Positions 1-10,264 of a stretch of 64,000 nt of DNA are shown piece after piece; positions within the stretch are counted from its first letter, which is position 1; each line of letters begins with the position of its first letter. The notes below the pieces were generated by a model. The model was not told where the DNA came from. It saw only the letters and a list, made by a program, of their open reading frames with translations, and ran no database searches. The translations under genes were made by a program, and so were the position numbers. The stretch comes from Armatimonadota bacterium. Its GTDB lineage: Bacteria > Armatimonadota > UBA5829 > DTLH01. The stretch covers positions 1 through 64,000 of the forward strand of contig JBBRAE010000003.1 in the NCBI GenBank assembly GCA_038207085.1, in the 5' to 3' direction.

Positions 1-120
1 GCGGGCTAGTGGCGAGCAGGCTATTCCGGAGGGAGGATTCTCCGGACTGCGGGTCGACAGTCGTCGATGCGCCATTGACGGAATACCATAATTGAATGAT
101 CGGGCGCAGGAAGCAGCCTG

Positions 121-966
121 TTGGTATTTTCCACACATGGAAAAGGTGGTAATAGGTTGCGATTTCTGGGCTTTTTTGTTGTCATAATAGGAATATCACT
201 TGCCGCTGGAGTGGTCTTTGCCGAAGGCTCCTTGGGCGATTTATATTATGGCGCCAACAGATTTGACCGCTTATTTGCCTCTACGAGCTTTGCGACGCTT
301 TTCCTGGTTCGTCACGCACTGAGGCGACTCGGTGCATCGAAAATACGCGCAAGAGCTGACGCTACTTACCTCTTTGTAAAACGCGTGGCCGACATCCTCT
401 TTTCCACCGTGGCCCTACTGCTCCTCACGCCTGTCTTTGTCCTGATCGGCCTGGTAGTCGCCGGCGACAGTCGAGGCCCGATTGTCCACAAGCGCATGGT
501 TGTCGGTAAAGACGGCAAGAAGTTCGCCATGTTCAAGTTCAGAACCATGGTCCACAACGCCGACTCCATTCTCTACGGCGACGAGGAATTGAAGGCAGCG
601 TATTACGAGGGACACTGCAAACTGGTGTCAGACCCACGGGTGACTCGCATTGGCGGCATTCTTCGCAAGACCAGCCTCGACGAGCTGCCGCAGTTCCTCA
701 ATATTCTCTTTGGAGAGATGACATTCGTTGGCCCCAGGCCGATTGCATTTGACGAGATTGATTTGTATGGCTCCCAGTTTGAGAAGTTCAAGGTTGTTAA
801 ACCCGGCATTACCGGCTTGTGGCAGGTGTCTGGTCGCAGCGAGACTTCTTACGAAAAACGTGTTGAACTCGATATGCACTATCTCAATAACCGATCTATC
901 GCTTTTGACCTGTGCATTATCTTGAAGACGGTGCCGGCAGTAGTATTCAAGCGAGGCGCCTTCTAA
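121..966 (+). CDS. Priming sugar transferase (Bac_transf / WcaJ-WbaP C-terminal-like polyprenyl-phosphate glycosylphosphotransferase)
   Basis: Motifs [50 protein letters not shown]-terminal TM segments. Confidence 0.92.
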   Translation: MVFSTHGKGGNRLRFLGFFVVIIGISLAAGVVFAEGSLGDLYYGANRFDRLFASTSFATLFLVRHALRRLGASKIRARADATYLFVKRVADILFSTVALLLLTPVFVLIGLVVAGDSRGPIVHKRMVVGKDGKKFAMFKFRTMVHNADSILYGDEELKAAYYEGHCKLVSDPRVTRIGGILRKTSLDELPQFLNILFGEMTFVGPRPIAFDEIDLYGSQFEKFKVVKPGITGLWQVSGRSETSYEKRVELDMHYLNNRSIAFDLCIILKTVPAVVFKRGAF

Positions 967-1114
967 TGTCGCGGTAAACTCGACATTATTACATAGAACG
1001 AGAGGAGGATGCTTCGCCATTCTACAAGTTTGCTAATGAAAGATTCACACTTTAGTACAAAAGCACTGCGCTATTACTAAAGTAATGTACTATGTTTCAG
1101 AAAGGAGACAGAAA

Positions 1115-1861
1115 TTGTCTAAATCGCGATTAACTATTTTGGTCTTGCTCGCAGCGGTTGTGCTCTCAGTTGGCGCAACGGCTTCGACAAGCACCCCCTG
1201 GAACCTTTATTATTCAGGGTACAACAACGACAACAAGTATTACGGTTCTTGTGTCCTGAACTACAGGCAGGGTTCCAGCTGGGATGCAGGCGCCGCAGCG
1301 GCTGGCGCATTCGACATGTATGCGAAGTTTGACGGCAATCCCGTAGGGCATATTTGGACATATTGCATCGATATGGCTGTTGTCCGCAACGGCAGCATCT
1401 ACACCAGGTACAACGCAGAGATCACTCCGGCAGCATCGAGCATTCCGCCGATGACTGTTGCGGCGTGGCAGGATCTTGCATGGCTGAATGAGAATTTCTT
1501 CGATGACAGCCTTACAAGCAACGCCAAGTCGGCAGGTTTCCAGTTTGTGCTCTGGGACCGCGTCTTTAACAGCGGACTTGCCGGCAACGATTATCGCTTG
1601 CACAAGGCACTCAGCTCTGGCAGTGATTTCTATGTCACCGGCTGGGGAGACTCTACTGCTTGGCAGTATGGAAACAGCTGTCTGGAGGCTCTTCAGACCG
1701 CTCGCAACACCGGCTTTGTAGACTATACCAACAAAACGGTATTCTACGTGGACGGACAGAACCAGATGGGACACAACGCTGTTCCTGAGTGGCCTGTTGC
1801 AGCTCTCGCGCCGTTCGGCCTTGGTATTCTCGGCTACGTCAGACGTCGTCTGATGGCTTAG
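1115..1861 (+). CDS. Secreted PEP-CTERM-type sorting-signal protein with a possible thioester (TED-like) domain
   Basis: AGGAG at 1103-1107 then in-frame TTG at 1115; signal peptide; C-terminal VPEW + hydrophobic stretch + RRR; internal YCID...FQFVLW. Confidence 0.8.
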   Translation: MSKSRLTILVLLAAVVLSVGATASTSTPWNLYYSGYNNDNKYYGSCVLNYRQGSSWDAGAAAAGAFDMYAKFDGNPVGHIWTYCIDMAVVRNGSIYTRYNAEITPAASSIPPMTVAAWQDLAWLNENFFDDSLTSNAKSAGFQFVLWDRVFNSGLAGNDYRLHKALSSGSDFYVTGWGDSTAWQYGNSCLEALQTARNTGFVDYTNKTVFYVDGQNQMGHNAVPEWPVAALAPFGLGILGYVRRRLMA

Positions 1862-1900
1862 AATCATCGCAACTGCTTTGAACTACGAAAAGCAATGATC

Positions 1901-1940
1901 GTTTTTCACCGTGGAAGGGACTCTTTTCACGGTGAAAAAC
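1901..1940. terminator. Intrinsic terminator-like hairpin after the PEP-CTERM gene
   Basis: Perfect 13-bp inverted repeat GTTTTTCACCGTG (1901-1913) / CACGGTGAAAAAC (1928-1940), followed by T-rich sequence. Confidence 0.7.
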
Positions 1941-2114
1941 TTTCCTCTTTGCTCCTACCCCTCTCACAACTTATCACATACTTGATGAGTTCGACCCGTT
2001 CAGTGCAAAATCAATCTCAACTGTAATGGTAAATGCCCCGCCTGTACGGTATAATTTATCGGCAAGGGATAGATTTGCACGATCTCAATCTGGTGCGTCT
2101 CCGAGGTAATTGTC

Positions 2115-4436
2115 GTGAACTTTTGGCATCTCGTAAGAGTATTGCAGACCCGAAAATGGATAATCATTGGCCTTGTGGGCATGACGCTTCTGGTTGTGGT
2201 TATCGCCGCCCCTGAACCGAAGGTGACTTATGTCGCCACGTGTCAGATGTCTCCCACCGCACAGGCAATGCGCGGCGGGATAACGACCACCGCAAATACA
2301 GACAACGGCGGCGCACAACTCCCTGACCGTGCCGTAGTGCTGAGCAACCTTGTGCTACTTGCGCAGTCCGGAGAGGTGATACAGGCGGCAGCCGACTTCC
2401 TGGCGCTTCCGGAAACCGAGCAGAAGAAACTTCATCCCGGCTTGCCCGCCTACAGGCGCATCCCACGGCTGTACTACTCGCGCCAACCCGATAAACCTAT
2501 AGCCCCCAAGGACTGGATGGACGTCCTTCAGATAGCTCCAATGGTCAACCCCGCCATCGGCGAAAAAGGCACCATCAGCGACGTTATCGCGATCAACATC
2601 AAGATTGCCAATGGGGAAGACGCTCCGTTTATAGCAAACGCGATCGGCGTCTGCTTTGCTGAGTCTTACGATCGCAAGAGCCATTCTGAAAAGCAGAAGT
2701 ATATAGAGTTTCTTTCGGCGAGTATGGACGAAGCCGGCAAGAAGCTCGGCGACATCGAGAACCAAATCGCCGAGGCCAAGTCCCGGCACGGGTTGGTCGC
2801 CGTCGACGCCGATACCGCAGCGGCTGTGCAGACGCTGAACTCTCTTACCTCCACCAGGGATGCCGCTCAGGCCACCGCAAGTGAGGCCGCAGCAGCGTTA
2901 AACGCGATAGACAGGCAGCTTGCATCGCAACCACTTGTGCGCACCGACAGGCTTCCTTCTGATATGAACCCTGAAGTCATCAAGCTAAAGCAAGAGCTTG
3001 CTCAGGCCGAGTCGGACCTCCGAGTGGCATCAGGCAAATACACACCGGAGCATTCGGTTTATAGAGCTATCCAAGGCAAAATAGGCAGCCTCAGGACTCA
3101 GATCGCAAGGTCCGGCAGCAGCTACAACCTGCCTGTTATGAACGAACTGCACAATATACTCATCAAGCAGCGGTCCGAGACCGCGAATCAACTGGCCGCA
3201 TCAGCAGCCAAGCTTCGGATATTGAATGGACAAGTCGTGCGCGCCCAAGCGACGATCTCTACCGTACCCGAAGCCCAAAAAGAAATCGCCACGTTCACAC
3301 GAGAGCTGACACGGGTCACCGAAGACTATACTACCTACGCTCAAAAGCTCGCGCTCGCCAAGATCTCGGACAGAGAGTCAAGAGAGGCCGGTTCGATTAT
3401 TCTGTTTGACCCGGCGATGAAGTCAATAGGCCCGATGGTCGATGGCCCGCGTAAGAGGACACTCTTGGTGTATGGGTTCATCCTTACGCTCGTGCTTGGA
3501 ACCTCTATCTGCGTGTGGCTGGACAGCATCGACAACAAGATGCGAAACGCGGCCGATGTCGAGGAACTCCTGGGACTCCCCGCGATCGGCCTGATACCGG
3601 CGATCGAGGGCTCCAAAGGCGAGCTGACGAGGCTCACGCACATCTTTCCGCTTTCAGCGGCTGCGGAGTCCTATAGAATACTGCGCACGCACGTATTGTT
3701 CGCTCACAGAGATAAGCCGTTCAAAACATTGATGGCCGCCTCATCCAAACCCGGACAGGGCGCCACTACCACGATATGTAATCTCGCGATCGCGCTCGCG
3801 CAGATCGGGAAAAAGATAGTGCTGATAGACGCCGATATGAGAAGGCCGTCGCTGCACGAGTTCTTCTCGGTCTCCAATGAAGTGGGGCTGAGCACACTTC
3901 TTACCGGCACAGGGGACACGATGGATGCGATCAAGCAGACTGAAGTCGAGAACTTGATCGTCATTCCCGCCGGTCCCCCACCCCTCAACCCGTCGGAACT
4001 GCTTGCCTCCCACCGTATGTGGGAGATCGTCGAGCGCCTCAAAGAAAACTGCGATATGGTGCTCTTTGACACGCCTTCGACTGTGGTTTTTAGCGACGGA
4101 CCGGTGCTCGCGAGCTGGCTTGACGCAGTGCTCTTCGTCGTTAGCGCCAACCAGGCTCCAAGAGGTACGGAAATGCGCGCGCTTGATATTCTTCGGAAAG
4201 CCAAAGCCAATATCATAGGCACCGCCGTCAACCGTCTCGGCTTCGACACGGTAGACAGCTGCCATTTCCATTCCAAATATTATGCGAGCTCCATGGGAGA
4301 TATTCAGCAACTTCCTCAGTCGACAGCGTCGGGAGCACGCAAGCAGTTGGAAAGTGCGAACTCCAAGGCATCGACTGGTCAAAAGCCTGAGCAATCGGAC
4401 AAAACGGCCGAAGCGGACAACCCGTTCCCCGACTAA
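2115..4436 (+). CDS. Wzc/GumC-like polysaccharide co-polymerase with BY-kinase-like domain (Walker A Lys replaced)
   Basis: Two TM segments flanking a coiled-coil domain; AESYRILRT, SSKPGQGATT, DADMRRP, NPSELL, VLFDTP. Confidence 0.88.
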   Translation: MNFWHLVRVLQTRKWIIIGLVGMTLLVVVIAAPEPKVTYVATCQMSPTAQAMRGGITTTANTDNGGAQLPDRAVVLSNLVLLAQSGEVIQAAADFLALPETEQKKLHPGLPAYRRIPRLYYSRQPDKPIAPKDWMDVLQIAPMVNPAIGEKGTISDVIAINIKIANGEDAPFIANAIGVCFAESYDRKSHSEKQKYIEFLSASMDEAGKKLGDIENQIAEAKSRHGLVAVDADTAAAVQTLNSLTSTRDAAQATASEAAAALNAIDRQLASQPLVRTDRLPSDMNPEVIKLKQELAQAESDLRVASGKYTPEHSVYRAIQGKIGSLRTQIARSGSSYNLPVMNELHNILIKQRSETANQLAASAAKLRILNGQVVRAQATISTVPEAQKEIATFTRELTRVTEDYTTYAQKLALAKISDRESREAGSIILFDPAMKSIGPMVDGPRKRTLLVYGFILTLVLGTSICVWLDSIDNKMRNAADVEELLGLPAIGLIPAIEGSKGELTRLTHIFPLSAAAESYRILRTHVLFAHRDKPFKTLMAASSKPGQGATTTICNLAIALAQIGKKIVLIDADMRRPSLHEFFSVSNEVGLSTLLTGTGDTMDAIKQTEVENLIVIPAGPPPLNPSELLASHRMWEIVERLKENCDMVLFDTPSTVVFSDGPVLASWLDAVLFVVSANQAPRGTEMRALDILRKAKANIIGTAVNRLGFDTVDSCHFHSKYYASSMGDIQQLPQSTASGARKQLESANSKASTGQKPEQSDKTAEADNPFPD

Positions 4437-4455
4437 AGAGGCGATGCAGTAACAA

Positions 4456-5307
4456 ATGAACTCAGTAGAGCAGACTGCGATAATCGATCAACATATCGAA
4501 CATGACGAGTGGCCCGAGGAGAACACCGAGGGCGCACTCGTCACTTTGCTGCGGCATCGCGAACTGGTCATGAGCCTGACCATTCGCGACATCCGCTCGC
4601 GTTACAAGCAGTCCATGCTCGGCGTCGCGTGGGCTCTGCTTCAGCCGCTTGCTATGATGCTGATCTACACCGTGGTCTTCTCTCATATTGCAAGAATTGA
4701 GACCGGCGGCATCCCCTACCCCATTTTCACGTACATTGCGCTCCTGCCCTGGACGTTCTTTCAGACCGGCTTGGTCGGAGGCTCGGAGTGCCTTGTATCC
4801 AACGCAAATCTAATCACTAAGATTTACTTCCCGAGAGAGGTTTTTCCTCTGTCGGTCATTCTCGGCAGGACGGTCGACCTTGCGCTCGGTATGTTGGTAA
4901 TTACGCCGTTGTTTCTGTTCTACCACATTCATGTTACCTGGTGGATTCTTCTTGTAATCCCGTTAGTTGTCGTGCAGATGTGCTTTATGCTCGGGATGAC
5001 ATTTCTGTTGTCATCTATCAACCTGTTTTACCGAGACATCAGACACGTGGTGCCGCTGGTTACACAGCTTTGGATGTATATGACTCCAATCATCTACCCC
5101 TTGAGCCTTGTCCCGCACAAGTATCTGTCGATATACATGATGAACCCTATGTCTTCGATAATGGACTCCTACAGGAGGGTGGCGCTGCTCGGTGAGCCGC
5201 CGATGTGGGGATATCTGGCCATCGCATCATTGGTTTCGGTGGTCGCGTTGGTGCTCGGCTACCGTCTGTTCAAGAAGCTGGAACCGGCATTCGCCGAGAC
5301 GGTGTGA
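4456..5307 (+). CDS. wzm: ABC-2 polysaccharide export permease (Wzm)
   Basis: RDIRSRYKQSMLGVAWALLQP, KIYFPRE, YRDIRH, TPIIYP, NPM motifs; about 6 TM segments. Confidence 0.92.
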   Translation: MNSVEQTAIIDQHIEHDEWPEENTEGALVTLLRHRELVMSLTIRDIRSRYKQSMLGVAWALLQPLAMMLIYTVVFSHIARIETGGIPYPIFTYIALLPWTFFQTGLVGGSECLVSNANLITKIYFPREVFPLSVILGRTVDLALGMLVITPLFLFYHIHVTWWILLVIPLVVVQMCFMLGMTFLLSSINLFYRDIRHVVPLVTQLWMYMTPIIYPLSLVPHKYLSIYMMNPMSSIMDSYRRVALLGEPPMWGYLAIASLVSVVALVLGYRLFKKLEPAFAETV

Positions 5308-5331
5308 GACGCATTTACGAGAATACAAACT

Positions 5332-6576
5332 ATGAAAGCAATATCCGTCGAACACGTATCCAAGAAGTTCATATTGTCCAAAGACAGGCCCAAGAACCTC
5401 GCCGAAGCTTGCCGGAGCATCGGCAAACGCAAACCGCGCGAGGATTTCTGGGCCCTGAACGACGTAAGCTTTGAGGTGAATCAGGGAGAAGCGCTCGGGA
5501 TCATCGGCCATAACGGCGCGGGAAAGAGCACCGTGCTAAAGCTCCTCACCCGGATCATGCAGCCGACAAGCGGCCACATCCGAACCCGGGGCCGCGTCTC
5601 TGCGCTGATCGAGGTCGGAGCCGGTTTTCACCCCGATATGACCGGACGGGAGAACGTCTATCTGAACGGCTCGATTCTTGGGATGACCAAACGGGAGATC
5701 GACGGCAAGTTCGACGAGATCGTAGCTTTTTCCGAACTTGAGAAGTTCATCGACACCCCAGTCAAGAGATACTCAAGCGGGATGTACGCGCGACTAGGGT
5801 TTTCCGTCGCAGCTCACGTCCAGCCCGATATTTTGATCGTAGACGAAGTGCTCGCCGTGGGAGACGCGGCGTTCCAGCAGAAGTGTCTGGATCACATGAC
5901 TGATCTTCGAAGGAGCGGTTGCACGATTGTCTTTGTGAGCCACAACACATCAGCGGTGACCTCACTCTGCGACACCGGAGTCGTCATTGCGCTTGGAGAA
6001 AAGCAGTTCTTCGGGCCGGTTCTCGACGCAGTGGACTGCTACACCAAGTTCGTCATCAAGAAACGCGATGTGCAGCGGCGGGCCGAAGACCAGTCACTGC
6101 TCTCGGCCAAGGTGTGCTCGGACGGGGCTACGATCGAAAGCATCAGCCTGCGAAGCGCCGACGGAAGCGCACGCACATCGGTGAGGTCGAACGACCCACT
6201 GGTCATAGCAGTGCGCGTCAAGTTTGATGAAGACGCGAAGTCGCCTGTTCCGGTCATTCACATCCGAAACAATGACGGGCTACTGATATACGACACCAAT
6301 TCGGTCATGCAACGCACCGACTGCGGCGACTTCAGGGCAGGCGACACGGCGTTGTTTGAGTTTGCAATAGATCACCTGCCGCTCAAGGCCGGAACCTACC
6401 CGATATCGGCGGAGCTTGCTTACGGCGACTTCAGCATGTACTACGATAGCCGCCGCAACGCGGTCGAGATGCTGGTCGTCGACTCGGACACATCCTACGG
6501 GCTACTCGAGCTACCGGTTTCGCTGTCATCGTCTATTGTGGCGAGAGATCGCGAGGAGCAAGTTGCCGAAAGTTAG
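5332..6576 (+). CDS. wzt: ABC polysaccharide export ATPase with C-terminal carbohydrate-binding domain (Wzt)
   Basis: [33 protein letters not shown]-terminal Ig-like extension of about 150 aa. Confidence 0.92.
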   Translation: MKAISVEHVSKKFILSKDRPKNLAEACRSIGKRKPREDFWALNDVSFEVNQGEALGIIGHNGAGKSTVLKLLTRIMQPTSGHIRTRGRVSALIEVGAGFHPDMTGRENVYLNGSILGMTKREIDGKFDEIVAFSELEKFIDTPVKRYSSGMYARLGFSVAAHVQPDILIVDEVLAVGDAAFQQKCLDHMTDLRRSGCTIVFVSHNTSAVTSLCDTGVVIALGEKQFFGPVLDAVDCYTKFVIKKRDVQRRAEDQSLLSAKVCSDGATIESISLRSADGSARTSVRSNDPLVIAVRVKFDEDAKSPVPVIHIRNNDGLLIYDTNSVMQRTDCGDFRAGDTALFEFAIDHLPLKAGTYPISAELAYGDFSMYYDSRRNAVEMLVVDSDTSYGLLELPVSLSSSIVARDREEQVAES

Positions 6577-7543
6577 CGTCATTATCCCCAACTACAATCA
6601 CGCAAGGTTTCTGGTCCGCCGCATCGAAAGCGTGCTCAACCAGACCTATCGAGATTTTGAGGTGATTCTCCTCGATGACGCGTCCACCGACGACAGCCTG
6701 GATATTATCAAAAGTTATTCGTCCGACCCGCGAGTGAGGACGATCCTTAACGACCAAAACAGCGGCAGCACCTTCAAACAGTGGAACAAAGGGTTTCGCG
6801 AAGCACAGGGCGAGTATATCTGGATCGCTGAAAGCGACGACTACGCCGATTTGAGCTTGATCGAGACGTTTGTGGGTCGCCTCGACAGCCACAAGTCCGT
6901 CGGGCTCGTATACTCTGAGTCCTACAGGGTAGACGAAGACGACAATATCATTGGGCAGTTGCGCTATCGCCCCGCTGAGGAGTGGACCAGCCGCTGGTCA
7001 AGCGACTTTGTCAACAACGGGCTGGACGAGTGTCGGAGGTATCTGTCGCTGGGATGCACCATCGGAAATGCGAGCGCGGTTATGTTCCGCCGAAGCGATC
7101 TTGAGTCCGTCGGATACCCGGATTCACAGATGCGCCAGGCTGGTGACTATATGCTGTGGGCTAAGCTTTTGTTAGCGTCTGACGTCGAGTTTGTGGCCCG
7201 CCCACTGAACTTTTACCGCGAGCACTCCGCCAATGTGAGCTCGAAACTGGTTATGTTCGGTGTCACGTCCCTTGAGTCGTATATGGTGGCCGCCTTTATA
7301 GCACAAGTTTGCCCGCTTGATCCCGAACAGCTTGAAGCGGCTCGCAGGAATTGGTTTGATCTGTGGGTCGAATACGCCAGGGGCGACAAGTTCAGCTGGA
7401 AGATGCACGCGCGAATCCGCAGCATCGCATCACAGTGCGACCCAATGTTTTCCCGGCGCGTGCTCGGCTACCGGCTGCGCAGGTGCACGGACATACTAAG
7501 AAGCGCAAAGCGCGTGCTTTCTGTGGGACATCCCGGCGCATAG
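6563..7543 (+). CDS. GT2 glycosyltransferase
   Basis: KVSVIIPNYN, DDASTD, ESDD; GAGGAG RBS before in-frame TTG 6563 (ORF track starts at 6416). Confidence 0.88.
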   Translation: MPKVSVIIPNYNHARFLVRRIESVLNQTYRDFEVILLDDASTDDSLDIIKSYSSDPRVRTILNDQNSGSTFKQWNKGFREAQGEYIWIAESDDYADLSLIETFVGRLDSHKSVGLVYSESYRVDEDDNIIGQLRYRPAEEWTSRWSSDFVNNGLDECRRYLSLGCTIGNASAVMFRRSDLESVGYPDSQMRQAGDYMLWAKLLLASDVEFVARPLNFYREHSANVSSKLVMFGVTSLESYMVAAFIAQVCPLDPEQLEAARRNWFDLWVEYARGDKFSWKMHARIRSIASQCDPMFSRRVLGYRLRRCTDILRSAKRVLSVGHPGA

Positions 7544-7575
7544 CGACCTATCACATTGAAAGGACTGATGCTATT

Positions 7576-8523
7576 ATGCCAAAAGTGAGCGTCGTTATAC
7601 CGACCTACAACCGCGGACGCCTCATTGTGCCGACACTGCAAAGCGTCATAGCGCAGTCCTATCGCGACTTCGAGATCATTGTCGTAGACGACGGTTCGAC
7701 CGACGATACTTCAGAGGTAATTGCGAGCTTTGGCGATGAGGTTCGGTATATTTACCAGGAAAACCAGGAGAGGTCGACCGCGCGCAATCGTGGGATTATG
7801 GAGTCGCAAGGAGAATACATAGCATTCTTGGATTCGGACGACCTCTGGAAGCCCGATAAGCTCCTGAAGCAGGTTCAGGCGGCGCAGCAGTATTCCGACG
7901 GGCCCCGAGTGATCTATTGCAACGCCGATCTGGTCGATGTCGACGGAGGCAGCATCTGTCCCGAGGGGATCGTCGGCGAGGCACTGGCAGAGAGCAAACC
8001 GAGCGGCAACGTCTACCACGCCCTTCTTGGAGGGTGTTTTGTTTCGTCGTGTGAACCTATGGTTCCGCGCCTGTGCTTTGCGGCCTGCGGGCTTTTCGAC
8101 ACCTCGCTCAACTACTCCGAAGACTGGGATATGTGGCTTAGGCTCGCCCGACGTTATGAGTTTGTGTATGTCCCTGACATTCTCGCAAGCGTGCGCGTTC
8201 ATTCCGGCAACAGCATTGAGAACGAAGAACTCGTAAGACAGGGTGATGTTCATTTCTTCCAAAAGCAGATCGTCGAAAACCGAGATGATCCCAAGGCTCT
8301 TTCAATACTTAAAAGGGCCAGTGTAATGGTCCCTTCGGAGCGGATCCTGCGCAAGGCCTATGATCTGCAAGCGGCTCACAAGTGGGCCGCGTCGCTTGGG
8401 TATTTCAGGCGCGCTTTGCTGTGCCGTCCCGCGCTTGCGGTCAATCCGTTCTTCGTCAAGAGCGTTCTAAGGAGTCTTGGGGGCATGCGCGGTGTCTCGA
8501 CAGGTTCGGGAGGCTCAAATTGA
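7576..8523 (+). CDS. GT2 glycosyltransferase
   Basis: MPKVSVVIPTYN, VVDDGSTD, FLDSDD, EDWDMWLRL; ATG 7576 chosen as start. Confidence 0.9.
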   Translation: MPKVSVVIPTYNRGRLIVPTLQSVIAQSYRDFEIIVVDDGSTDDTSEVIASFGDEVRYIYQENQERSTARNRGIMESQGEYIAFLDSDDLWKPDKLLKQVQAAQQYSDGPRVIYCNADLVDVDGGSICPEGIVGEALAESKPSGNVYHALLGGCFVSSCEPMVPRLCFAACGLFDTSLNYSEDWDMWLRLARRYEFVYVPDILASVRVHSGNSIENEELVRQGDVHFFQKQIVENRDDPKALSILKRASVMVPSERILRKAYDLQAAHKWAASLGYFRRALLCRPALAVNPFFVKSVLRSLGGMRGVSTGSGGSN

Positions 8524-9143
8524 GGCTACTTGAGAACTTGAGCTGGCACTTCCGGGTTAGATATTCGCGCGCGAAACTCCGACTTTCGGGGGCCAAGTCT
8601 GGTCACGGCTGCCTTGTCTCGCCGAAGTCCCGGGTGATCGGCCCATGCGTGGAGTTCGGCGACGCCGTTTTGATCGATAGTTTCTGCACTGTGGTCGGCC
8701 ATAGTGGTTCGAACGTTGCGGTCCGAGTTGGGGATAACGCCCACCTTTGGCCGCACGTGATGCTCGATTCGGCCCAGGGAAGCATCTCCATAGGCTCCAA
8801 TGTGTCGATCGGCTCGTTTACGGAGATCTACGGCCACGGAGGATGCATAATCGGTGACGACCGCCAGATCGCCGGTCACTGCTACATTATCTCCACCAAC
8901 CACGCCTTTGATGACCCCGACACGCCGATAAGACTGCAGGGCTCGGTGTCCAAGGGAGTCGTGCTCGAAGACGACTGCTGGCTCGGGCACGCGGTCACGA
9001 TTCTCGACGGAGTGACCGTCGGCAGGGGCAGCGTAATCGGCGCGTGCTCGGTGGTTACGCGGAACATCCCCCCGTTTTGCATCGCCGTCGGCAACCCCGC
9101 GAGGGTTGTCGGATCGCGAACAAAGCCGGAGTGCGCAGAATGA
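8520..9143 (+). CDS. Left-handed beta-helix (hexapeptide) O-acyltransferase
   Basis: Hexapeptide repeats, STNH, WLGHAVTILDGVTVG, VGNPARV; GGGAGG RBS and TTG overlapping the upstream stop. Confidence 0.85.
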   Translation: MRLLENLSWHFRVRYSRAKLRLSGAKSGHGCLVSPKSRVIGPCVEFGDAVLIDSFCTVVGHSGSNVAVRVGDNAHLWPHVMLDSAQGSISIGSNVSIGSFTEIYGHGGCIIGDDRQIAGHCYIISTNHAFDDPDTPIRLQGSVSKGVVLEDDCWLGHAVTILDGVTVGRGSVIGACSVVTRNIPPFCIAVGNPARVVGSRTKPECAE

Positions 9144-10264
9144 GGATCGTTCAGATCGTCAACAGGCTTGTGTCCAATCCGCTGGACGGTGGATCGACAA
9201 GAACCTGCGCGCTCGATTCGTTTGTCGATTCCTTGGGCGGAAAAAAGCTCGTCGTGCAATCCGATGGCTGGGGAGACAGTCGCGTGTGGAGGCTCGCGCG
9301 TCCGTGGTCGCTCCTTCGTGAGATCGAGTCGGCAACTCCCGATGTTTTGATATTTCGCTATCCCGGATTCCCGTTTTTCTGGAGCATCGACCGCAACACC
9401 GACATTTTGAGAAGTCTTGCCTTTCTTCAAGGCATAAAGAGTCTCGCACGCCGCAACGGAACCCGTATAATCATCGACATTCTCGATCTTCTCAGGTATC
9501 CGAGCCCCAACCCGGATATGAAGCTGGATCTAAACGACGGGCTCCTCGGATACTTCGAGCAGAGCCTGTTCAACACTGCCGACGAGGTCTGGGCCTGCTC
9601 GCACGCGATCGCGGATCACTTGACCGGGACATATTCGCTGCCGAGCGACAAGGTGCGGGTGGTGCTAAACGGCAACGGACATAACCAATCGGTAGGCAAC
9701 GCGACCAGTGTGACGATTCCCGAGGACACGTTCGCCTTCTTCTATGCGGGGGATCTCTCACGGGGCTGGCGCGGGACCGAGATTATGCTCGATGGGTTTC
9801 AGGAGGTAATTGACCCCTCGGCCAGACTTGTGCTTTGCGGCCTCAACGGGGACTGGATCGCCGACACCTGCGACGATCAGCGGATACTGCTCCTTGGCCC
9901 TCTGTCCGCCGATGCCGTCGCGCAGATAGGTCGGGAGTGCAAGGTCGGTTTGATTCCTCAGCCGGAGCTTGGATATTATCATCTCGCGTTTCCCACCAAA
10001 CTCGGACTGTATCTGAACCTCGGTTTGCCCGTGCTCACGACGCTTGCCAGGGAGGCGTCCGACTTTGTGACCCGTAACAACGTCGGGCTTGCCGTGGCGG
10101 CGACCGACTTTGGGCGCACGATGAGCGACATACTCGCTGCCCCCGACCAGTTGGAGGTTCTTCGATCTGAGTGCGATCGGCTCGGTCCGGGTTTCTACTG
10201 GGACGCGATCTACGGAAATGCGTTTTCAGGGTTCTGCGCGCGCGGATTGGAGGCAACCCGATGA
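9140..10264 (+). CDS. GT-B fold (GT4-like) glycosyltransferase, paralog A
   Basis: YAGDL, FPTKLGLYLNLGLPVL; ATGA overlap with the upstream gene. Confidence 0.75.
   Translation: MRIVQIVNRLVSNPLDGGSTRTCALDSFVDSLGGKKLVVQSDGWGDSRVWRLARPWSLLREIESATPDVLIFRYPGFPFFWSIDRNTDILRSLAFLQGIKSLARRNGTRIIIDILDLLRYPSPNPDMKLDLNDGLLGYFEQSLFNTADEVWACSHAIADHLTGTYSLPSDKVRVVLNGNGHNQSVGNATSVTIPEDTFAFFYAGDLSRGWRGTEIMLDGFQEVIDPSARLVLCGLNGDWIADTCDDQRILLLGPLSADAVAQIGRECKVGLIPQPELGYYHLAFPTKLGLYLNLGLPVLTTLAREASDFVTRNNVGLAVAATDFGRTMSDILAAPDQLEVLRSECDRLGPGFYWDAIYGNAFSGFCARGLEATR

Noticed and set aside
1049..1083. 9-bp inverted repeat ACTTTAGTA / TACTAAAGT upstream of the PEP-CTERM gene
   Set aside because: AT-rich, single occurrence, and no sigma54 motif or second site to support an operator.
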